From Antedon mediterranea (taxonomy: Eukaryota > Animalia > Echinodermata): 64,000 nucleotides of DNA. Position 1 is the stretch's first letter, and the number at the start of each line of letters is the position of its first letter. Location: NCBI RefSeq assembly GCF_964355755.1, contig NC_092674.1:26412001-26476000 (forward strand), read 5' to 3'. The notes below the pieces were generated by a model. That model had not been told where the DNA came from and searched no databases. It worked only from the letters and a program-made list of their open reading frames with translations. Position numbers and translations under genes: made by a program. Shown one piece after another: positions 27,401 through 38,300 of the stretch.

Positions 27401-30244
27401 CTTGCATTGCGTCCTAGTGGCAACTGTATTCCGATTCAATCTCGTTTCGATGTGCTGCTATGCATTCTATTTCCAGGTTTCCAGGTTCCAAAATTTAGTT
27501 GTTTTCTAATGTACATCTCAACCCCAATAATTATTAATTTAATTACAAATTGTTTGTTTTGTTTTTGTTGTTGAAATATGAAATTGATTGAACCTGTTTT
27601 ATTAAAAAGAAAGATAAAAACTGTATGAACCTACTTTGGTGAATTTCAAACTGACCAATGTTTCAAATCCTGGCGACACGGCAAATCCAAGCTGTTTGAC
27701 GAATGGGTACACACCCTGTGAATGGGTTAATATCTGTGTAGGAAGACAACATATTAATTACAAATAAAATTAATCCGGGTTGAGTTGTTAGTATTGCAGT
27801 AACGTAACCAACGCAACGTAAGAAAATGCCCTTCCAATAATTGTGTTTTCCCCCGCCTGCGTGAAATCAAACCTGCGATGTTTGCAGCACTGTTGCGTCG
27901 TCGGTTCCCACTTGTGATTACGCAACTCCCAGCACTTTGCGTCAATACGTCGCTGCGGTGCGTTCTAGTTGTAACCACGCTTAAAATTAATAATTAAAGT
28001 CACCCAGGCCTACATACATAATTACAATAATTAAAGCTTGGTTCCCTCTCGATGACACAACGCAAATATGTAAGCGAAACTTTAAACCTTGGTTCCCACT
28101 TGCGACGCAACGTAACGCAACCTACGCAACATAAGCAAATGATGCCCTTTCAATAATTTTGTTTGCCCCCGGGCCCGCCTGCGTGAAATCAAACCTGCGA
28201 TGTTTGCAGCACTATTGCGTCGTCGGTTCCCACTTGTGATTACGCAATATAGCACTTTGCGTCAATACGTCGTTGCGTTGCGTTCTAGTGGGAACCACGC
28301 TTAAGTAATTTCACCAATCACAAATGATGGATTATTCGAAGCACCGCTTGTCATTGGTAAACAAAGCTTCATAGTTTTGTATGTGGCATAGTGTTATATG
28401 ATAACATAACGCCATATATTTTAACCTTACTTTGAAACCAGCTCCTTTATTATTCCCATTAAGATATTCATCTTGTTCCACGTTTAATCGCAATGACAAC
28501 CCATAATCACTTCCGGTTTCCTTTACCATTAAAATGTTCTTTTCATCAGACGGGTGATTAAAGGTGTAGCAGACGCCAAAATCTGTAATTGACATCGTAA
28601 AGTTTTGATAAGTGCAAGGATTGATGTTTTTCCACATACAATCAATAATCATGTTTTCTTTCTGGTGAGCTCCTCGTATGATGTCAGCCGTGATGTTCCG
28701 ATCGCTGAAATCGTAATCTGACCAATCAATATCACTCTCTGATGTCTGAAGGCTTGGAAACATGAGTCTCAGCAACTCAGCGTCCGTTTCTTTAACGTAT
28801 GAGGCACGCCATTGGTTGTAATTGCAGATGGTTATTGCTGGAAAGCTTAGGTTCTCGACATAGTTCAGCGTCACCACGGTTGCCACCGGAAAAGCCGCAA
28901 AGTTCAGAATGTTTGTTGTTAGTCCAGCAATGAGCCAGGCAAAGAGCGCTATCATAATGAACATCCATAGCAATCTAACAATATGAAATATACATCTTAA
29001 GTTTCTTTTACGACCACAATGATGCGCCAAAATGGTGGGGACTGTCAACTACTAGGCACGAATGATTCTGTTTTCTATTATTAATTATTTTTCTATTATA
29101 AATCATTATTTTAAAAATAGTTGGCTATAGAAGCTTGATTTCCACTAGAACACGTAACGCAAAGATGTAAGTGCAACACCAGCTAATTGACCAATCACAA
29201 ACGATATAATATTCGAACTTTCCTTGCCATTGGTCGAATTGTTCGTTGCGCGCTTATGTCGTCCTAATGGGAACCAACCTTTATTGCAACGTTTATCTAA
29301 TGCATTTCAAAACTGTTGATAGATTGCTATAGCCTCATTTTATTCTAATCTTTAAAGACCCGTGACAAATCCTTCTCACTGGCTATCAGAAAATAGCAAT
29401 AAATTTGAACTGTTGTTGTTATGAAGTACCATTATTACTCTGGTAAAAGAGCACTTTCAGTTGCCAGAGAATTCTTAACATTTATAGAATTTTAACCTTA
29501 GATCTCTGTAGAGAAGTAAATGGCAAAAACCTTATAGACTGATGACATATTATCTTTAACGTGGTATAATACATTATACACTAAATATTTTAGTTGAAAT
29601 TTATCAATTTATTGCATACAATTTAATTATTCCATTCTACTAAGATTATTGTGTAATATTGGAGTTTGAGACACTATAGATAAAAATGGGGTAATTTACA
29701 AAGTTAAAGCAAAAATGTAAAAGCACAGATGAGACGTGTTTTTGAGAGAAAACTTTAAAAGGTCAGCAATGAAATATTCGTAAAATACTAAATAAGAATA
29801 TCCATGACCAGTTAAAAATGTTCACCTATGCTAATACCGGTTCCAGAAACCACCCAGACATAATTGGCAAGCCCAATGGATGCGCGGTATTGGAAAGTTG
29901 ACCGATTAATCATTTCGTAAGACTACAATCTAAAAAGATTGTTGAGTTGAAATTAGTAAAATAAAGTTTTCTTACTTTCTAAATCCGCTCGAATGTGAAC
30001 TTGTAATATACTTCAATCCATGCAATGACGTAGTTTCTCCAAAATCTTCCCAACTTTTTCTTCCACCTATCCACTTAAATCGGTTCTTTAATTTCATACG
30101 TAGTTTATTTTCCTCAGCCTTGTCATGTATGCCTACGGAAAATTGGTTCCCGCTGTTATGTCTCGTTAAAATTGAATCGGCACCACCATTCGTAGTGCTC
30201 CATGCCCAAGGATTCATCGCTATTTTTCTTCTAAAAGCTTTCAT
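21438..30244 (-). CDS. DEG/ENaC (acid-sensing ion channel-like) subunit, cluster gene A, 8 coding exons, apparently intact
   Basis: Exons 29976-30244, 28431-28974, 27635-27733, 27063-27210, 26009-26065, 23701-23851, 21916-22007, 21438-21619. HG motif (TTSLHGLKYI), FPAITICNYN, GVCYTFN, GLSLRLNVEQDEY, Cys-rich thumb (CQTEC...CGC, CPIPC), TM2 SDIGGYMGLLLGASAIT. Confidence 0.93.
22430..22877. repeat. Minisatellite, ~35-38 bp unit, about a dozen copies
   Basis: Unit AATAAGACGCTAGGCTTAATGATCCAGTTCTATTC, in intron 6 of channel gene A. Confidence 0.9.
25136..25733 (-). mobile_element. Non-autonomous Helentron/DINE-1-like element
   Basis: Minus strand begins TTTTTACCTCCGCCAAGGAGGTTATG followed by a (TG)n microsatellite. 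It ends with the subterminal inverted copy GGCGGAGGT, the hairpin GTACTC-TTG-GAGTAC and CTAGT in a T run. Confidence 0.7.
25304..25372 (+). pseudogene. Degenerate tRNA-Glu(CTC)-derived sequence inside the Helentron-like element
   Basis: A box TGGTGTAATGG, anticodon loop CTCTCAC, B box GGTTCGAGTCC; the acceptor stem does not pair. Confidence 0.5.
26428..26964. mobile_element. Nested PIF/Harbinger-like MITEs
   Basis: TIR GGCCAATTTACACAGACGAGCGGTAAC at 26428, 26549 and 26582; reverse copies ending ~26913 and ~26964; mostly TAA/TTA flanks. Confidence 0.7.
28085..28303. mobile_element. Harbinger-like MITE family 1 (TGGTTCCCACT TIR)
   Basis: CTTGGTTCCCACTTGCGACGCAACG ... CGTTGCGTTCTAGTGGGAACCACGCTTAA. 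Related copies at ~27790-27983, 27291-27420, 29131-29282, 46850-46990, 47127-47326 and 6287-6438. Confidence 0.75.
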
Positions 30245-30734
30245 TCGTAATTCTCAAATAAGACAAACGATAAAGGTTGCTTTCAGCAGCTCCATAAGAC
30301 GAAAGAAATGAAACGATCGGTAGCTAAGAAACCGATGTAAAAACACGACAAAAAGAATCATGAGATGAAAACACATGTCACGGAATTATAGAAAATTCGG
30401 CGATGTGATTGGCCAAAGGTGTTGGCAGTGTGTAAATAACGGTAGTTGTATAAATCGCAGTTCATCAATACTCAATTAGGATTAATTAACAAGTGTATTA
30501 CAATCAGATAATGGAATTCGCTGTTTAATTTTCCAATAAAAAGATGCCATGTCTCGGTTATACGTTTGTTTGAATGATGTTATCTTAATCAATGTATCGT
30601 GCCATGTAGAGTATCGTCGGTTGATTTAGGCCACTAGTAAGTAAAATAAATCGCAGAAGTGATGCGACACACGTAATGGAATCAGGCAAAAATATCCGAT
30701 TTAAAGGGTTAATTGCCACTGGTGTTTAATGAAT

Positions 30735-31105
30735 TTATTATTTGCTATTGTGTGTGTTTTTTTTTTTTTTTTTTTGCTATTTTGGTACTCTTTAATTTGG
30801 TATTAAGCATTTAACTTATTAAAATTTAAATAACAAGAACTCATTCGGTGAAAATCAATAAAAAGTAGTTTTATTCAATATATAAATATTGTCTGGTAAT
30901 AATAAGCATGAATATTTTATTTATTATTTCCTATTGTGTGTTTTTGTTTATTTTTTGCTATTTTGGTACTGTTTATTTCGGCATTACGCACTTAACTTGT
31001 TAAATTTAAATAACAAGAAGTCATTCAGTGAAAATCAATACCTAAAGTAGTTTTTATTCAAGAAACACACATAATAAATATTGTTTGGTAATAAGCATGA
31101 ATATT
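30735..31105. repeat. Diverged tandem duplication of ~185 bp upstream of channel gene A
   Basis: TTTGCTATTTTGGTACT...AAATAACAAGAA.TCATTC.GTGAAAATCAATA...GGTAATAAGCATGAATATTT occurs twice. Confidence 0.75.
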
Positions 31106-31280
31106 TAACTATTATTATTAATGATACTACGCGAAGAAACTAATCATATCTACAGTGTCCTTCATTCACTACTAATGTATTTTAAATGTATAAACAATAC
31201 TAATGTAATTTTAAAATGATGAGAAATTGTTAAGTGATAGTTTGCATCATTATTGTCCAGAAGTTTCCCTTATGCTCTGC

Positions 31281-31442
31281 TTAAGCTCTGTCCACACTAT
31301 CAAACTAGTTTGACAAAAAATGTGATGTGCCCAAATATGGTAGTGAGATGCTTAAATATGGTAGTGACATCACCATGTCCATATATTGGCACATCACACT
31401 TTTTTTTCATAAAGTTTGATATTGTAGACAGAGCGAGCTTAA
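31281..31442. mobile_element. Harbinger-like MITE family 2 (AGCTCTGTCTACACTATCAAA TIR)
   Basis: The same TIR pair occurs at 8444-8545, 24389-24440, 34306-34467, 54880-55035 and 63525-63680; mostly TAA/TTA flanks. Confidence 0.75.
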
Positions 31443-32301
31443 CAGTAGTGCTTTTGTTTGTCTGCTTAATCTTCCACAACATTTGAAATAAGCTGATTTC
31501 TCATTTTCTATGTGTTCTCTTCCATTATTTTCTTCAACATTATTTCATTATTCCTATTTTAATTTAATTGACTTGAATCCTAATTCTTTGTACGGAGTAA
31601 TTAATAATGGTCACGACAGAATTGTATTTTGTCTTTATAGTCTCTCATACATTTAGATTTATTTTATATACATCATCGCATGCATATCTATATACTTCAG
31701 TACATCATAGACTGTTTACTCACGTCAAGTAATACTCGTAAATCTTAATTGTACGGCTGCTTTAATGTTATTATTGTCTGTTTCCTTTCTAAGCAAACAG
31801 AAGCAGAATCCGCTCCGCTTAAACAAACAACAGGGTTATAGAACTAACAACATAAGATTCAATATTGATCATTTTGTCGTATGAGAGGCGAATGGAGTCA
31901 AAATAACTATACTATCGTACATGCTACGATACTGACTATTTGGATAGTTTAAAAAGTCTATCAGCTTACAAGATTCAGTGGAGTTTGTGATTGTGATTCA
32001 GACGAAATCTCACCACACAATGGTTATAATAAGTATCAATTAAGAACAGTATTCTATTATTTATAAGGTTTATCGCAAATAGCGTGAGCAATGCATGATG
32101 GGAAGGAATTGGGAGCAATAGCGCCACCAGTATAATAAAACTTGATATACTGGTGGTGGCGCTATTGCTCTCAATTCCTTCCCATCATGCATTGCTCATG
32201 CTATTTGCGAAAAACCTTATTATAAATATTACACAATCAATACAAATTTTACGTAAAAAAACTCTCTACCAAACAATTAGTTCCCTTAGAATTGTATTTT
32301 G

Positions 32302-35300
32302 CTATCTCTCATTTTTCTTTCCTCGGCATCGGTAAAATTTGAAGCAGAATAGCTCTACAAATTCCAGCATAGTTAGTAAGCTTGCTCCAATACATAACCC
32401 GAAACTTCCACCGAGATCACCTGTAAAAATAATTTGAACTTTTTGTAGGTAACTGATGGCAGCCCACTAGTCGGCTTTTCGACATTTTGTCTGAAATTTA
32501 AATTTAAATAGTACACGTATGACACATCATATGTGCGAAAATATTTATCTTTTTACTAAAAACTCGAAACTCCGCCTAGAACCTAGACTACTCTAGTGTT
32601 AAAGAATGCAGGAAAGCGTGACAGAAGTGGACGTATGAAGCGCCATATATGCCAAAATATTTTCTTTTACTAATATCAAGTCAAAAATCCGTCTAGAACC
32701 TAGACTACTCTTGGTGTTAAAGAATGCAAGAAACCATGACAGAAATGGACTAACAGAAGACTTGTGCAGCAATGAGATCGTTTACTTACTGAACAGGCTG
32801 TTTATATCATAGTCGTACACCATGACCGAGTTTTCAACCCTTAATGATTGGTAGAAAATGTTTAGCTCTCCCAAGTTCTTTCTGAAATATATACAGTATA
32901 TTTGATTATAATAGTGTATTCACACTATACCCATGTATTCCATATATTTCGAACGTTTGTTTGCGTATTTAAACGCAGCTACCTCAAAGTTATATTTCGT
33001 AAAATGGATCATATTTAATATATTTTCATTAAAGATTTATTGTCCCCCTAAACATTTTTTTTTCTTGTTGTTGAATATGCCATTTTAATGTCAAATAATA
33101 GTTATTCACTTTGACCAAAAACTGGATCGAAAAAAAATTATTTACCGGAAAAAATGTAATTTAATGCAAATACTTATATTGTCTGTCAGACAATGGTTTT
33201 TAGTTAAAATTACTGTAATTGTTTCTTTTGTCTTTTTATAAGTGAAATAACATGTGTTAGGCTTTTTTTTTACAGAAGTGAATAACTTTATTAAAACTGA
33301 AAAACGGCTTATTTAAAGTCTGATTATATTAATCTTAATTTTTCATGTTTTTGGAGGACAATACTTCTTTAAGTTTTTCATTTCATTATTACTTTATCTC
33401 ATCTCTCGTCATACCAATTGCATCAGTTATGGTATCAACCAGTGCTTCCGCAGGAAAATAAGCGAAACTATTGCTTGTGATAAACGACTCTTCTTTACAA
33501 GGAGGCGAACAAATGCATGCTTCTAGACAAACACAAATCAATCATCAGAAACAAACATAGTATATCTTGAACTTTCATGATTGTTCGTAATAAACTCAAC
33601 GTAATAATTCATTAAACAAGATTTTGTCACACATGGCGTACCATACCTTTACTTGAATCTTCAGTAGGAGTTTAGTTGGGAAACAATCAAAACGCCCACT
33701 CTGGTCTGGTGGTGGCGCTCGTAAAGGACAAGAGACTTCTGACAAGTCTTAATTAATCAAGACATGAGCACCCGATTATCTGTACTGTATCTACACATTG
33801 ACATTATATAATCATGTGTGTTACATGTAGGCCTATCACATTTGGTGCCTGTATTAATTATGTTAAGATTTAGTTTAGGTTCGATTATGACCTATGACAC
33901 GTCGAAGTGGATGCAACAGTACCACATAGTTTGCCTGTACACATTATTGATAGTCTGACAGCTTTTCGTAAATTGTAGCTGCGACTATAAGAATTATTTA
34001 CCGATCAATGTGAATAATTATTTTGTGTGATTTGTTCATGAAACTATCCTCAACAGACTGCCAGAATATTATAGTGATGATATAATATAAATAATTTATC
34101 AAAGTTTTAAGATATAATGCTTTAATCTATATAGGCGGATGTGTTCATACGATCGATCCAATAATAACTCACTTGATGAATCTCGAATACACTCATTAAC
34201 CTCTTCTGTAGCGCAGATTGGACCGTCAGCTTCTATAGAGATATATTACATTTTATAGATGTTATTATTATATGAATAGAAATCATGATCTAACATGCCA
34301 TTGCCTTAAGCCTTGTCTACACTATCAAACTTTATGTGACAAAAAATGTGATGTGCCCATATATGGACATGATGATGTCTATCACCATATTTGGGAATAT
34401 CACTACCATATTTGGACTCATCACACTTTTTTCATCAAACTTGTTTGATAGTGTAGAGAGAGCTTTAGCATTGTAAATGGGAGACGGCAAAGGCAAAGCC
34501 GATTCAGAAATGTCGCAAGGCGGGGAGGTGGGGCGGGGGTATAACATAAAAATAAATTACTAATAACACTAATATTTAAAAAGAAATTAACATAAGCAAC
34601 AATAAAATATGAAACATTCAAAATTGGATTAATTGTTTGTAAAGTTTATAAATGGTGGTGGGATAAAGAGATTCGAGATTATAAGGGGATGTCATAAAAA
34701 TGAAATGTTACAGACACTGTCTCTCTTTCTCCAAATGTAGGCATAATGTTTAAAATTCGCCCACTTAGGCCTATTACTAAATGATTACCTTCAAGTTCTG
34801 CATAAAATAACCGACAACCACAATTTGACGCCAGAAAATTAGCCTGGCAATTAGTACGGCACTGATATGTAGTGTAGCCATCAACAGTATCATTGGCACA
34901 GTATGGTTGAAGGCGAGATACCTAAACAATATAATAATAATTACTTTAAAAAAAGAGGCTATTGTGCGGTCCACCGTGTGTGTAACTTAAAGTTTTCTAT
35001 TGGCACGGTCAAAACTCAAGTTATATAATGTATTAGTTATATCTATTTTATTGTATAATTGCAATAGCTGGTCTGCTCCCAAAATTGATACTAAACCTTT
35101 ATCTGAGATTGTAAATAAACTTAGGTGGTCTATGCTTGGTCATATACTTAGAATGAGTGAAGATACTCTTGCTTTTCAGCGTTGGTGTTGTACACTCTAA
35201 TTCAATAAAAGGCCGAATTGGAAAACATCAAACAAATCTGTTAAGTACACTTCGAAATGATTTATTTATCAGAAATTTTAAGTTAAATAATTTAAACGAC

Positions 35301-38300
35301 TTAAGGACAACTGTACCGAGGACCATATTTTAAAAACGTATTAGGGGTATACATATGATTTCAGAACCATCGCGAAATCGAGGATATCGCCGCACGCGCT
35401 CGCCGTACAGCCGTCGCCGTAAATTGCTGTGACGTCACAGGTGCATCGCATAATCTACTTAATGAGTTTTCGCTGTTGTTACCATACAAAAGATAGGTAC
35501 CGTCACTTCAATTGCTTATTTAACCTTTTAAATTACTTAAATTTGCCAAAATGTTTTCCTGGTATTTTGAAGAAACACTTCAATATCCAGATAGGCAAAA
35601 CAAACAATAAAAAAATTCAACTTTTATATTTTTTACGATTTATTTAAAAAGTGTGTTTACTAGAAATGTTCGCGCTTTGCGAGACTTGTCTATGGGACCC
35701 GAAGAGTAGCTAGTAGAGAAACATGACGTATGACGTTCTGGAATCATTCAACCATATCGGACTCAAAACTTTTTCTCTGCTAGCTAGCGATTTTTGGGCC
35801 GTGTGCGAGCTTCCTCCTCCTCGTGTGTGTGACGGTGGTGTGATCAACATTGTGTAGAGTAGTAGTAGAGAGAGGGAACTGAAAATGCCGGCGTGTGTTG
35901 TTTCAAATTGTCGGGAATACGAAAAAGCCCGATTAGATGGAATACCCTTTCATACCTTTCCAAATGATAAGGCGTTGGCCAGAAGATGGTTAACTGTTAT
36001 TAGAAACGCTAATTTGAATCCCGGCTGTAAGCCGTCGACATACAGAACTTTGCGAGTTTGTGGAAAGTACTTCATGAAGTCAGATTACCTACCTGACCCA
36101 AAACACGATCTAGCTCCGCATCTTTACAAGCCAAAACACCGCCTGAAACCTGACGCAGTACCAAGTATATTTGCATTTAACAAACCTAGTAGTACAACTA
36201 TGAGAAGTGCATTTAAAAAAAGACAGGAGGCTGGTAATCAAGAATCGGTAAGAACAATGATGAATTTACCACCAGAACAATAATATATTAATAATTAGGC
36301 CTAATATATCAAAGTAAAATATAGGCCTAATAAGTTTTTTTTTTCTTTTTATGTTTAGGCTAAGCCTAAAAAAAAATTAACAATTGACTGGGCCTACTAC
36401 TCTGTACATTATTAAAATATTACATTTATGATATAGGCCTAGGGATTTTAGGCTATGCCTAGCCTATAAATCCAAACAAGAAAAAATATAGCCTATGCTA
36501 GATAGTATTACTACTACTACTAGCTAGAGATAGGCCCTTTCTTAGTGCATTATTTTTTTTAAATGAAAAATGCTATAATGATGATTACTACTAACTAGGC
36601 CTACTAACTACTAGCCATCATTTGGTGATTGAGAACAACAACAAATAACACTAACTATAGTTTAAAAAAACAATTCTATTTTTTGTTACTGTGTAGAAAT
36701 GGTATTAAAGAAAAATAAATATATTTAGGTTTTCACAGGCTCAGAATCATCGCATACATCACATGATGTCCAAGAAAAAAAATCAGTACATGGCAATGAT
36801 GATGAGGTATGATTATTTATGGTTTATCTATCTTCACCAACTTGTGAATGCGTAGTGTATGTAATAATATCAAATTCTGTAAACTATATAATATTATAAT
36901 TTTACAGGACTTAAATGTAAGCTTTTCATCATCACATGGAAATGAGTCGATGGGATGGATACCAGAAGAGGACAGTTCTTCTCCCTCTGAAGAAGAAATA
37001 GAAGTAGTAGATGATAATGTTACAGGAAAAGTGATAGTCAATGTTGATAGTGTGCTTGAAATGTTTAAGCGATGCCAAGAATGCGGTCAGAAGATAATAT
37101 CAACAAATGTGTTATACAGGGGAGCACAAATAATTGTACATTGGCAATGTACTGAATATCACTTTGGCAAATGGGAAAGCTGTCCAGATGTTCGTGGAAT
37201 GGCAGAAATCAATTTACTTACAGCCTCTGCTATTTTGTACAGTGGAAACACATATCAAGCAATTAATAATTTTGCTAAAATTCTTGATATGCATTTTTTA
37301 TCATCATCAAGTTTTTATCAAATTCGAAAATGTTATTTGTTGCCAGTCATAAATGAAGCATATAAGGAACAACAAGATGTGATGATTGCCGAACTCATTT
37401 TAAGAAGTTTGGATAATGAGACTATCTCAATTTTGGGGGACGCCCGGTCAGACTCGCCAGGGTATTCCGCAAAATATTCTACGTACTCTTTTATTGAAGA
37501 GAAAAGTGACAAAATTGTTGATGCTCGGCTGATACAAGTGACGGAATGTTCCAGCTCAGTAGCAATGGAAAAGGAAGGTTTCATCAGAAGTTTAGAGTTT
37601 TTGTTGGGTCATGGCATCAACATCAAAACAATCACAACTGACAGATCACCATCAATCAGAAAAGTTATGAAGGACGAATACTGGGAGATATCACATCAGC
37701 TTGATTGCTGGCATGTTTGTAAAGGTATGATTAATACAGTAAAATAATTTTCTAACAAACTAAAACCAAATTAAATCCTTCATTTTTTTTACTCTCATCA
37801 GTATATAAATAAGCACCATATACATATTGTACAAATGAGCATTATATGAGTTTGCTCTAATCTATCTCATCTCACACAGTGTAATTTCAATTGACACTTC
37901 TTCTAGTCTACTAGTGTAGCACCAGCGAGTACAGTATATACTGTAATCATGTTTGTAAAGTTCATAAATTGTTTTACTAATACTATATTGTATATTTTAT
38001 CAAATATTTCAGGCATTAAAAAGAAAGTCTTGGCAAGTGGTAAAAAGAAGGGAAATGAGCACCTATTATTGTGGACCAAGAGCATAACAAACCATTTGTG
38101 GTTCTGTTGTGCAACTTGTAAAGGTGATGTCCAGGTATGACCACTAGTGAATTTTTTTTTCAATCGACAGGGGTGAAGAGGAAAAGCAAAAGTAATGAAA
38201 CTCTCATCTTGTGATGTGCTTAACAAGCCCTGTCAATATACTGTAAACAAAACAAAAATATATATTTATGTACATCATCATATTGATAATTGATATATAA

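Noticed and set aside
35429-35647. 72-aa ORF mirrored at 41276-41494
   Set aside because: Both lie in the TIRs, start at a non-ATG codon and have no recognisable motif; the mirror is just the inverted repeat.
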